From: Candidatus Woesearchaeota archaeon
Lineage (GTDB): Archaea; Nanobdellota; Nanobdellia; UBA10117; JABICX01
Direction of reading: 5' to 3'
Length of the DNA stretch: 38,205 nt
Assembly (NCBI GenBank): GCA_964528765.1
Contig: CAZGVA010000002.1
Coordinates: forward strand, 1-38,205
Shown here: positions 25,517 to 34,115 of the stretch, in pieces
Position numbering within the stretch: position 1 is the stretch's first letter
How the letters are laid out: every line of letters starts with the position of its first letter
The notes under the pieces: model-generated
The model's database searches: none
Told to the model about the DNA's origin: nothing
Seen by the model: the letters and a program-made list of their open reading frames with translations, nothing else
Position numbers and translations under genes: made by a program

Positions 25517-27376
25517 TTATTTTTCAAAAAATTCTTGTATTTTATCACCAAAATAATCTGTTATTTGTGGATTCCAATCAGGAGGTATTATTGTAGCATA
25601 TCTGTTCCAAGAAAATCTTTTATCGAGAAATGCAATTATACCTCGATCTTTTTCACTTCGAATACATCGACCTGCTGCTTGTAGTGCTTTATTCATCGCG
25701 GGAAAAGTATATCCATATTCCCAACCTTTACCAAAATTATTTTGATAATAAGCAATAACTGCTTTACAAGTTAAATCTGGCGGTGCAAGAGGAACACCAA
25801 CAATACCCACGGCTTTAAGTAATTCTCCAGGTAAATCAATACCTTCTGAAAAACTTGCACCTTGTACGCCAATAAGTGCACCACCCCCATTTAGTAAATT
25901 TTGTTTAAATTTTGCGATTAATTCAGAGCGTTCAGATTTTTTCATTCCACGAACCTCGACAAAAAGTTCTTTTTCAGCAATATTCGTTAAGTAAAACATA
26001 GTTTTACTCAAAACATCATATGACGAGAAAAATATTGCCGAATTACCTTGTACATTGTTGATAATATATGCGCAAGATGCAGCAATTTTTTTGAACATTT
26101 GTTCATTACGTTCTTCGTATTTAGTTGTTATATTTGATGAAATAAGGACTAAACGATTTTTATCAGGAAATGGATTTTTATATATTTTGATTAAAGTATC
26201 TGTATTTAATCCTAGAATATCTCGATACATTTCACCTGGAACCAGTGTTCCCGACATTAGTATTGAAGAGTGCGCAGTATCAAAAACTCTTTGTGATAAA
26301 GCACCAGGATGCAAGCAATTATATTCAACGGATATAAATGGACGACCTCCTTTGGTTTTTTCTCTACGTAATATTCGTATAAAACCTTCTTCATCATTTA
26401 ACCAACTTTTCAGAAAATTAACAAAATATGTTAAATTATCTCCTTGATCAGGATCTTCGATATCGTCAATGGTGTCTTCAAATGAACTAACTACCTCATC
26501 ATATTTATTTTCAGAAGCTACTTCTACAATATCAATAAAATCTTTTTTTGAGATTTTTACTTCGTTTGATGCGTGCAATGCTTGATCAGCAAACATCTTA
26601 AGACGATTTGATATATCCTTTAACATAATATCTGTGTCATTAAAAACATCATTTTTTAACTCATCAGCTAATCGACTTAATGCAAAAGTATTGGTTTTAT
26701 GTGTTAGTAAATTTCGTACACGATTTGGAAGATTGTGTGCTTCATCAACAATAATAATTGATTGAGTGATATCTTTTTTTATCTTAGATAAAAAGAATTT
26801 TCGAACCTTTGGGCTAAATAAGTGATAATAATCCCCAATAATTACTTCTGCTTGTTGGGCCATTCGCATTGAAATTTCATATGAACAAAATTTTCCATAA
26901 CATAGCGAAACAACGTCTTCAACATTAAGTGGACCTTTTTTAAATAGTGTTTCAACAAAAGCGTCTGCATCATCAGTATATTCATTTTTTTTAAGAGTTT
27001 TAGTAATCAGTTTGCATTCTCCTTTTTTTCTTTGCGAAATACAAAATTCCATAAAACCAGGTACATCATAATCAGACATATGTGGGCACATATTTTTTTT
27101 ACCAACAAAATCAACTGCTTTTATTTTATGTTTTTTGTTTATTTCTTGTAATGTTTTTATAATCATATTATGTTGGGTATTTCGGGAAGTTAGAAAAAAG
27201 ATAGTTACACCTTTTTCAATAGCATATTCAAGTGCAGGTGTTAATGCAGCAGCAGTTTTACCCAAACCAGTGGGTGCATGCGCAATAAGATTTTTTCCAT
27301 TTTCAATTGCTTCTTTGATATCAGTCATTAATTTGTTTTGTTCAGGTCTAACTTTATCAAATGGAAAAATTTGCAT
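25517..27376 (-). CDS. xpd: XPD/Rad3-family (DinG-like) 5'-3' DNA helicase
   Basis: Walker A AHAPTGLGKT and DEAH box IIVDEAHNL. A Cys cluster compatible with a 4Fe-4S domain (CPHM...FCISQRKKGECKL...CYGKFC). C-terminal helicase motifs GGALIGVQGASFSEGID and QAAGRCIR. Confidence 0.85.
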   Translation of the reverse strand: MQIFPFDKVRPEQNKLMTDIKEAIENGKNLIAHAPTGLGKTAAALTPALEYAIEKGVTIFFLTSRNTQHNMIIKTLQEINKKHKIKAVDFVGKKNMCPHMSDYDVPGFMEFCISQRKKGECKLITKTLKKNEYTDDADAFVETLFKKGPLNVEDVVSLCYGKFCSYEISMRMAQQAEVIIGDYYHLFSPKVRKFFLSKIKKDITQSIIIVDEAHNLPNRVRNLLTHKTNTFALSRLADELKNDVFNDTDIMLKDISNRLKMFADQALHASNEVKISKKDFIDIVEVASENKYDEVVSSFEDTIDDIEDPDQGDNLTYFVNFLKSWLNDEEGFIRILRREKTKGGRPFISVEYNCLHPGALSQRVFDTAHSSILMSGTLVPGEMYRDILGLNTDTLIKIYKNPFPDKNRLVLISSNITTKYEERNEQMFKKIAASCAYIINNVQGNSAIFFSSYDVLSKTMFYLTNIAEKELFVEVRGMKKSERSELIAKFKQNLLNGGGALIGVQGASFSEGIDLPGELLKAVGIVGVPLAPPDLTCKAVIAYYQNNFGKGWEYGYTFPAMNKALQAAGRCIRSEKDRGIIAFLDKRFSWNRYATIIPPDWNPQITDYFGDKIQEFFEK

Positions 27377-27488
27377 TACTTTGAAGTTTATTTAAGTTAT
27401 TTAAACTTTTAGTGGAACTAGTAGATTGTATGTCAGAGTGAACAGTAGTTACGATATTTTTATATATACAAAGCTTTTCGTTAAGTAA

Positions 27489-27797
27489 ATGGGCAAACCT
27501 GTTTTAGTTTCTGGAAATCCTAATTTACTTTATGTAAAAAACTTACTAGCTGCACTGGACAAAAAAGGAATTCCAGTAGAACAAAAGAAGCCTGATTTTA
27601 ATAATGGTTCTAAAGTAATTGTTATTACTCGTTTAGATGATGTACTAGATTTTAATAGCACAGATTGGAGTAAATCAGATACACCTCGACCGAGAGTGTA
27701 CGCATTTGGTCAAATAATGTATCATGCAGATGGTTATTTTCCACCCGGCGATGTTGATAGGCTAGCTGAACAAATCGATCAAGATTTAAAAACATAA
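27489..27797 (+). CDS. Hypothetical protein (102 aa)
   Basis: Open frame only. No motif recognised. Confidence 0.4.
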   Translation: MGKPVLVSGNPNLLYVKNLLAALDKKGIPVEQKKPDFNNGSKVIVITRLDDVLDFNSTDWSKSDTPRPRVYAFGQIMYHADGYFPPGDVDRLAEQIDQDLKT

Positions 27798-27880
27798 TAA
27801 TTTACCATATTGTTTAAGCTAGATTCGAATTTCAAAAGGTTTTTAACTTTTTATTACTTATGTAATGATTAGGTGATAAA

Positions 27881-28411
27881 ATGGAACATGATTTTACTAA
27901 AATTGATAATGATTTTATAACTAGTCTTGAAATAGATCAAGCCAAATATGAGGAGTTTACAGCAAAATATGTGACTAAAGTTAATACCGAACTTGTAAAA
28001 GCAGGCGGTATTGAAGTAGTACTTACTGATTTTTTAATGCTACCACCAATGGTATCAAACAAAAACGATTTGTATGAAATGATGGAAGAAACAAAAGAAA
28101 GCACAGAGATCGGTCAACATTCTAAAGAGCAAATAGATAAATCAATCGATTTTTTGGTTAGTAAAAATATATTAATCGAATCATCAACAGAAGGAAATGA
28201 TGTATCTTATAAAATAAATCCATTACATCTTAAATTGTTGGGCACAGGGTATGGAGTACTTATGAAATATTTTTTTGATGGTACAATGAACTTTGATAAA
28301 GCACACCCATTTGAAATGAAAATGCCAGATGGGGAAGTTAAACAGGGTTTTATATGTAAAACTTGGCAGGAATATGCTAAGCAAATTAATCTTGAAGCGA
28401 TGAAATTATAA
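27881..28411 (+). CDS. Hypothetical protein (176 aa), possible winged-helix segment
   Basis: An open frame. The stretch IDKSIDFLVSKNILIESSTEGNDVSYKIN resembles a recognition helix plus wing. The assignment is weak. Confidence 0.4.
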   Translation: MEHDFTKIDNDFITSLEIDQAKYEEFTAKYVTKVNTELVKAGGIEVVLTDFLMLPPMVSNKNDLYEMMEETKESTEIGQHSKEQIDKSIDFLVSKNILIESSTEGNDVSYKINPLHLKLLGTGYGVLMKYFFDGTMNFDKAHPFEMKMPDGEVKQGFICKTWQEYAKQINLEAMKL

Positions 28412-29104
28412 TTAGAACTTCAATAATCGCCCATGTTGTTTAAGCCAACCTTTATGTCTGCGATAATCTGGACACTTATTCTGAACGTCTGTCCAGAATC
28501 TAGCAGAATGATTCATGTGATCTAAGTGCGTTATTTCATGAGCAACAACATAGTTTACAACTTCCATCGGAGCCATCATAAGTTTCCAGTTGAAATTTAG
28601 ATTGCGTTTAGTTGAGCAAGAACCCCAGCAAGTTTTCTGTCCTTTGATTGCAATTCTTTTGACGCGATCTGAATAACCAAAATTCTGAATCATATTGGGA
28701 AGGATTTTCCGACTTTGTTTAATATACCATTTCTTTAATTCAGCTCTTACTTGTTCATAATCGTGGTCACCAATTTCTAACTGAAATTTATTCGTTAGAA
28801 AATTTAATTTTAGTTTTTTAGAATCTGGAATAATTTCAACAGGATACGCGTTTCCCAAAAAACGAATCTCATCAATAATCTTTGGCCGAGATTCAATTTC
28901 TCGTTGAAGTTTATTTAAGTGAGTATAAATCCAACTAGCTTTTTTCTGAACAAGTTTAATTGCTTCTCGTTCATGATTTTTACGTGGAATTGTAACTGCA
29001 ACATCCCCTTCGTTTGAGATTCGTAAGATGATTCGCCTAGCTCGAGCATTGACTTTGATTGAAAATTCTATTTCTTGATCGCGGTAGAGAATTGAATGTT
29101 TCAT
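28412..29104 (-). CDS. DUF45/YgjP-family (M48-like) zinc metallohydrolase
   Basis: The C-terminal VVAHEITHLDHMNHSARFW is the characteristic HExxH..NHs..FW signature of the YgjP family. Confidence 0.75.
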   Translation of the reverse strand: MKHSILYRDQEIEFSIKVNARARRIILRISNEGDVAVTIPRKNHEREAIKLVQKKASWIYTHLNKLQREIESRPKIIDEIRFLGNAYPVEIIPDSKKLKLNFLTNKFQLEIGDHDYEQVRAELKKWYIKQSRKILPNMIQNFGYSDRVKRIAIKGQKTCWGSCSTKRNLNFNWKLMMAPMEVVNYVVAHEITHLDHMNHSARFWTDVQNKCPDYRRHKGWLKQHGRLLKF

Positions 29105-29105
29105 A

Positions 29106-30062
29106 TCAAAATGGGAAGTAATTTAACTTTAATAACTTGTTGTTAATCATTGTCGTATATGCTTTTAGAATTTCATTAAATTGATGTTTGAATTCAGATA
29201 TGAAATTGTTTAGTTCATTTAGATCCTTGATTGCAATATTTATCGAAAAATCAAATGATCCGATTCTTTTTGAACAATGGGTCACACACGCCTGAGATGC
29301 ACACCAGGAAATAATTTTTCGTTCATCTTTCATTGAGTGATTTTTTAACTGCAAGAGCAAATGATATTGATGATATCCAATCGCATTCAAATCAATTAAA
29401 ACTCGATTGGAAGTGATTAATTCTTTTTGTAACCTTCTGAGCCGATATTTTACAATATCAATCGTTAGTTTAGTTTTTTTTGCAATATCGATTATGTGGG
29501 TGTTGGATGCTTGAGAAAGTATCTTCAAGATTTGTCGATCTGCATTATCAATGTTGAGAAGTTTTTCTTCTCCAGAGTATTTTTCTATTTTGGGAGTTGT
29601 CGTTTTTTTATCGAGGAGGCGTTTATCTGCTTTGAATATTTTTGTGTATACTACAATATTGAAATTACATTCTTCAATTAAATCTTTAAATTCGTATTTA
29701 AGATCCATGATAAATGCATCTAATTCTACGATGTTTTTGACAGCTACAGCAATAGAATAATCGTATCCGCCTTCAGTTTTAATGCAGTATAATACTGACT
29801 TGTTTTTAATTAATGTGCGAATAAATTGCGGTTCAGTATGTTTGTTGTAATGTAATTTGAAGAATAGTCTATATGTTTTGTACCCGAGTTTACCTAAATT
29901 TATTGTACTTATATACTTCAGTATTATGCCCTGCTTTTCTAAATTAGCAATCCGATACGCTGCAACATTGCGTCCTATCCGCAATTTCTTTGCTAGTTGT
30001 GAGAGCGGTTGCCTGCAATTGGAATCTAATTCGCAAAGGATTTTTCTGTCAATTATGTCCAT
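29106..30062 (-). CDS. Tandem (duplicated) Lrp/AsnC-type transcriptional regulator
   Basis: Two HTH_AsnC-like units: DIIDRKILCELDSNCRQPLSQLAKKLRIGRNVAAYRIANLEKQGII, and a second at about residue 170, DNADRQILKILSQASNTHIIDIAKKTKLTIDIVKYRLRRLQKE. Each is followed by a segment resembling an RAM-type effector domain. Confidence 0.65.
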   Translation of the reverse strand: MDIIDRKILCELDSNCRQPLSQLAKKLRIGRNVAAYRIANLEKQGIILKYISTINLGKLGYKTYRLFFKLHYNKHTEPQFIRTLIKNKSVLYCIKTEGGYDYSIAVAVKNIVELDAFIMDLKYEFKDLIEECNFNIVVYTKIFKADKRLLDKKTTTPKIEKYSGEEKLLNIDNADRQILKILSQASNTHIIDIAKKTKLTIDIVKYRLRRLQKELITSNRVLIDLNAIGYHQYHLLLQLKNHSMKDERKIISWCASQACVTHCSKRIGSFDFSINIAIKDLNELNNFISEFKHQFNEILKAYTTMINNKLLKLNYFPF

Positions 30063-30153
30063 TTTACAATTCGAGTAAATAATATATAAGTTTTACCTTT
30101 TTTGTAAGAAATACGGTCGCAGATATTATATCTAAAGTAAGGTATAGTAATAT

Positions 30154-31050
30154 ATGAGAGACAAAGTGTATACGTCATCGGTGTGTAACATACCGCCGTG
30201 CGAAAAACTTCGTAATGTACTTTATGTAGAATTACAAAACGGATGCCCAAAAAAATGTAATTATTGTAAATCTTATCAAGGAATTCCTTTCAAAAATCAC
30301 GCGCTTTCCGCTGTTGAGAACAATACAGATATTGTGTTGAATGTTCTTGAAAATCGATTTAGTGTTATACATGGATCATCTGATGCTGAAGCAATTGATC
30401 GAGTTTATTTGGGAGGTTCAGATATCTTATTGTATCCATATGATGATCTAAAATGCGCAGTAAAAAACATTCAGACCAAATTGCATGAAAAAAATAACAA
30501 AATCAGAAAAATTAGTGGATATACGACGATTAAAAGCTTAAAGCAAATGTCAAAAAAGAAGCTTTCAGATTTGAATAATTTGGGAATAAATGTGTTATAC
30601 ATTGGTGTTGAGTCTGGATCAACTAATGTCTTAAATTTAGCTAATAAGGGAGACACAAAAGAAGATATAATATCTGTTGCAGATAAACTCCGTGATTTAG
30701 ATTTTATGCTTTCTGTAAACATCATGCCGGGACTCGGTAATATTCAGTATTATTATGAGCACATCGTAGATAGTGTGGATGTGCTTGTTGAACTAGCTCC
30801 AAAATGGATAACGTTTCTTTCATTAGATCCTACTGAAACAAAATATGATGAGATAGTTCGAGAAGAGGATAATCGATATTTGACTTCAGACGAGTTAGTT
30901 AGTCAAGCTAGAGCAATTTTATCTGGTTTGGAAGAGAAATTCCGATCAGATTCGCCATGTTTGGTAGCTGCATACTCTAATGAGGTCACAAGTATATGTG
31001 ACAATAACTTTATATTTAGAAGTCACATTGGAGGTAATAAAAATGACTAA
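30154..31050 (+). CDS. Radical SAM domain protein
   Basis: The CxxxCxxC cluster motif is in ELQNGCPKKCNYCKSY. A downstream Elp3-type core reads INVLYIGVESGSTNVL...VNIMPGLG. Confidence 0.7.
   Translation: MRDKVYTSSVCNIPPCEKLRNVLYVELQNGCPKKCNYCKSYQGIPFKNHALSAVENNTDIVLNVLENRFSVIHGSSDAEAIDRVYLGGSDILLYPYDDLKCAVKNIQTKLHEKNNKIRKISGYTTIKSLKQMSKKKLSDLNNLGINVLYIGVESGSTNVLNLANKGDTKEDIISVADKLRDLDFMLSVNIMPGLGNIQYYYEHIVDSVDVLVELAPKWITFLSLDPTETKYDEIVREEDNRYLTSDELVSQARAILSGLEEKFRSDSPCLVAAYSNEVTSICDNNFIFRSHIGGNKND
31030..31035 (+). promoter_or_regulatory. Shine-Dalgarno-like GGAGGT inside the 3' end of the radical SAM gene
   Basis: The ggaggt lies 7 nt upstream of ATG 31043, consistent with translational coupling. 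Confidence 0.4.
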
Positions 31051-32794
31051 AGCAATATTCGCGTTTACAGGTGATCCGCCAACACTCGGGCATAAAGACA
31101 TAGTTAATCGAGCGTCAAAGATGTTTGATTCAGTAATGGTAGGTATTGGAGCTAATCCATGTAAAACACCATTATTTAGTTTAGAAGAACGACTCCAAAT
31201 GTCTCGAGAAACATTTAAAGATATTCCAAATGCGAGCGTAGATTTTTTTGATGGTCTTTTAGTCGATTATGCTGTGGAGCAGGGTGCAAATGTTATTGTT
31301 CGGGGTGCGAGAAATTCACAAGATTTTGACGATGAAAAAACTTTACATCGAATAGGTCAGAGTCAATCTGATGTTGATACAGCAATCTTATTTGCAAGCT
31401 CAGAATTTGAACAGGTTAGTTCGACTTCAGTTAAAGCACTGCAAGTAGAAAATGGAAACATACGTGCACAGGTTTCATTGAATGTAAAGCAAGCGCTTGA
31501 AGCGAGATTATCTGGCCAGTACATGGTTGGGATTACTGGAACAATTGGAACTGGAAAATCATATGTTGCAGACAAATTAGTTGAAATCGGTAAAGAACGT
31601 TTTGTTGAAGTTCATAATGTTGATCTGGATAAATTAGGCCATTATATTTTAAGTAATTCTCCAGAACCTATTTACAAAAATGCTAGGGCGAAAATTATTG
31701 ATACGTTTGGTGCAGAAGTTTCAAATAAAAATGGAACAATTGATCGAAACTCACTAGGTAAAATTGTGTTCCAAGACAAAGAAAAATTAGCACAACTCGA
31801 TGAGATAATGTATGAACCAATCATGCTTAGATTAAAATATGAACTTAGAGGGAAAAAAGGAATTATTTTGATTAATGGCGCGTTACTTGCTGAAAATAAA
31901 TTATCTTACCTTTCAAATAATAATGCGATTTTAGTAGGTGTTGACGAAGAGGTTCACCACAAAAGATTGAATGCACGTGGTTTGACTCATGCAGGAATTG
32001 AGAAAAGATTGGCGAGTCAGCTAAGTACTGACGAAAAAAAAGATCAATTGGAAACACAAATTTCAAAAGATCAATACGGAAAAATTTTTGAATATAATAA
32101 TTCTGAGACTGGCGGACAAGGAGTTTACGCATTGTTCGAAGAATTGATTAAGGAAATAGATGTTTATGGTGAGTTAAGATTCAAGAGCACATGGGATAAT
32201 GTGCATGCTAACGGATCTGCAGATGAAGTGTATCGAAGTCTTGTTAAGAAATACTCTGAACCGCATCGACATTACCATAATCTTCAACATGTCATGTTAG
32301 GTTTGGGAACAATTGGTCGAAATAAAGAGAATTTCGAAGAGTTAGATTTGGCTACACTTTCTTGGTTTTTCCACGATGCAATCTATGATATCTTTGCAAA
32401 AGACAATGAACAAAAAAGCGGAGAATTGTTCTATAAGACATTCAAGGATGCAGGACTGCCAGAAGATTTTCTTCAGAAAGGTTATGATTTGATTGTTGGA
32501 ACTGAACATGCAGGTGGACTGGAGACAAACGACCAGCAACTTTTAGCAGACGTTGATTTGGCAGGATTAGCAAACCCTCCAGAATTATTTGATAATTATT
32601 CTAGATTGATTGAGCAAGAATATACTACTCGGACAAGTGTATCTAAGGTAGATTTTAAAGCAGGTAGACAAGCATTTCTTGAAATGTTCTTAGCTAAACC
32701 AAATATTTACTCAACTAATAAACTGAGAGATTTATATGAATCAAAAGCTAGAAGCAATATGGAACGAGAACTAACTCAGTTGGTTTCAGAATGA
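31043..32794 (+). CDS. Triple fusion: bacterial-type phosphopantetheine adenylyltransferase (CoaD), dephospho-CoA kinase (CoaE) and a C-terminal HD-type phosphohydrolase-like domain
   Basis: CoaD: AIFAFTGDPPTLGHKDIVNRASKMFDSVMVGIGANPCKTPLFSLEERL...GANVIVRGARNSQDFDDE. CoaE: VGITGTIGTGKSYVADKL. C-terminus: YSEPHRHYHNLQHV...WFFHDAIYD, the HD pattern of COG4339-like hydrolases. ATG 31043 overlaps the radical SAM stop as ATGACTAA. Confidence 0.8.
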   Translation: MTKAIFAFTGDPPTLGHKDIVNRASKMFDSVMVGIGANPCKTPLFSLEERLQMSRETFKDIPNASVDFFDGLLVDYAVEQGANVIVRGARNSQDFDDEKTLHRIGQSQSDVDTAILFASSEFEQVSSTSVKALQVENGNIRAQVSLNVKQALEARLSGQYMVGITGTIGTGKSYVADKLVEIGKERFVEVHNVDLDKLGHYILSNSPEPIYKNARAKIIDTFGAEVSNKNGTIDRNSLGKIVFQDKEKLAQLDEIMYEPIMLRLKYELRGKKGIILINGALLAENKLSYLSNNNAILVGVDEEVHHKRLNARGLTHAGIEKRLASQLSTDEKKDQLETQISKDQYGKIFEYNNSETGGQGVYALFEELIKEIDVYGELRFKSTWDNVHANGSADEVYRSLVKKYSEPHRHYHNLQHVMLGLGTIGRNKENFEELDLATLSWFFHDAIYDIFAKDNEQKSGELFYKTFKDAGLPEDFLQKGYDLIVGTEHAGGLETNDQQLLADVDLAGLANPPELFDNYSRLIEQEYTTRTSVSKVDFKAGRQAFLEMFLAKPNIYSTNKLRDLYESKARSNMERELTQLVSE

Positions 32795-32997
32795 GGCTCT
32801 TTCCATTTATATCTTGTGAATAATCCTTCTTTCTTTTTTTCAATATATTCTTGTTGAACTAACTCTTGAAAAACTTGAGCCCAAAGACGGTTGAATTGAC
32901 GGAGTTCTTTTTCAGCAACCCATTTGTTCGCCCATTGAGTCATAAATAAATATCTTATTTGATCAGCAACATGTCTCTTTTCAGTTTCTCTATCCAT
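32776..32997 (-). CDS. Hypothetical small protein (73 aa)
   Basis: An open frame whose ATG overlaps the stop of the upstream membrane-protein gene by 1 nt. Its 3' end overlaps the convergent coaD-coaE fusion by 19 nt. Confidence 0.35.
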   Translation of the reverse strand: MDRETEKRHVADQIRYLFMTQWANKWVAEKELRQFNRLWAQVFQELVQQEYIEKKKEGLFTRYKWKEPHSETN

Positions 32998-33548
32998 TAC
33001 ATTTTAATGGAGAGCATATTCTTAAATTTATCATAAACTGCATTTGTATCTAGCTTAGGATTATCTACAACAGCTTTGTAAATTAAAGCGCTGAACAGTG
33101 CAGAAAATCCAACGTTTCCAATTAAGTGATAAATTGTAAAAGGTATCTGACCAAGAACTGTAAATTGTAAGGTCTGGCCAAAGAAGAACATACCCATACC
33201 TACACCAGTTATTGCATCATATATAATTGTTCCAATTACAGCAAAACCCACATAGTAGCGAGTTTTATTTTTCTTACTCATTAAATATTGTGCAGCAAAA
33301 ATACCAATTACACCATAAGTTATTGAAGTGATTACTGTCCAAATTCCAACCATACCTGTTACAAAATCAATTGCAAGTATTGCAGTAAATGCAAATATAA
33401 ATCCAGCAACACTACCGTATTTTTTAGCAAAAGGCAACATAGTAAACATAATCGGTTCTATATTTGGTAAAGGCATGTTAATATATTTTCGAATAAATAT
33501 ACAGATTGTTAAACCAATAATATATTTAACTAAACTTTTTCGATTCAT
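32997..33548 (-). CDS. Integral membrane protein, ECF-transporter S-component-like (5-6 TM)
   Basis: Several hydrophobic spans, e.g. VAGFIFAFTAILAIDFVTGMVGIWTVITSITYGVIGIFAAQYL and YYVGFAVIGTIIYDAITGVGMGMFFF. Its size (183 aa) and topology resemble those of substrate-capture S components. No family assigned. Confidence 0.5.
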   Translation of the reverse strand: MNRKSLVKYIIGLTICIFIRKYINMPLPNIEPIMFTMLPFAKKYGSVAGFIFAFTAILAIDFVTGMVGIWTVITSITYGVIGIFAAQYLMSKKNKTRYYVGFAVIGTIIYDAITGVGMGMFFFGQTLQFTVLGQIPFTIYHLIGNVGFSALFSALIYKAVVDNPKLDTNAVYDKFKNMLSIKM

Positions 33549-33578
33549 AGTATATGATAAATTAAACAGTTTTTAAAT

Positions 33579-34115
33579 TTATATATTCTGGAGAAAATCT
33601 TTGAGTTTTGAGATTGCCAAACCGCGCATACTTATTTTATTTTTTTCATCAATAGACATTTCACTAAACGTTTTATCAAATCCATCTGGCTGGAAAATCG
33701 TATCCCATCCAAAACCATCTATTTTTGAAGTAACTAATTTGCCAGTTATTTTTCCTTCAAAAAAACTAATGTTGTCTTTATCTTTTGCATATCCAATTGA
33801 GCAAACCGCTGTTGTTTTGCAATCACCTAATTTTTCAGCAATCTCGTAAATCTTTTCATTGCCCATTGTTTTCAAAAACCATTTAATTAATGGACCTGGA
33901 AGACCATTTAAACAATCCATATGAACTGCAATATCGTCTACAATAAATGGTCCAGAATGATGTTTAAATGCTTCATGAAGTTTTGCCCCAATAACTTCTT
34001 TAGAATCAATACTTTGAATCTCAGGTAAATCAATGTTTAGTTGTTCAAGTTCAGGAATAAGTTTACTCGCTTCACGAAACTTTTTTTCATTTCCCGTTAC
34101 GAAATAAATTGTCAT
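33579..34115 (-). CDS. Non-canonical purine NTP pyrophosphatase (Ham1/RdgB/ITPase family)
   Basis: The N-terminal IYFVTGNEKKFREA, then LNGLPGPLIKWF and FGWDTIFQP, are Ham1 signatures. ATGA overlap with adk. Confidence 0.85.
   Translation of the reverse strand: MTIYFVTGNEKKFREASKLIPELEQLNIDLPEIQSIDSKEVIGAKLHEAFKHHSGPFIVDDIAVHMDCLNGLPGPLIKWFLKTMGNEKIYEIAEKLGDCKTTAVCSIGYAKDKDNISFFEGKITGKLVTSKIDGFGWDTIFQPDGFDKTFSEMSIDEKNKISMRGLAISKLKDFLQNI

Noticed and set aside
27384-27408. Inverted repeat AAGTTTA-(11 nt)-TAAACTT upstream of xpd
   Set aside because: Short AT-only palindromes are expected by chance in this composition. It is mentioned only as context, not called as an operator.
27821-27833. AGATTCGAATT, an 11-nt match to the T-arm of tRNA-Pro (3188-3198), considered as a possible att-site remnant of an integrated element
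   Set aside because: The match is only 11 nt and is centred on the palindromic TTCGAA. It does not extend into acceptor-stem sequence, and no integrase or second repeat was seen.
30053-30250. 65-aa minus-strand ORF spanning the divergent Lrp / radical SAM spacer
   Set aside because: It overlaps the start of the radical SAM gene and the promoter spacer. It has no motif and a Tyr/Cys/Ile-rich composition consistent with chance.
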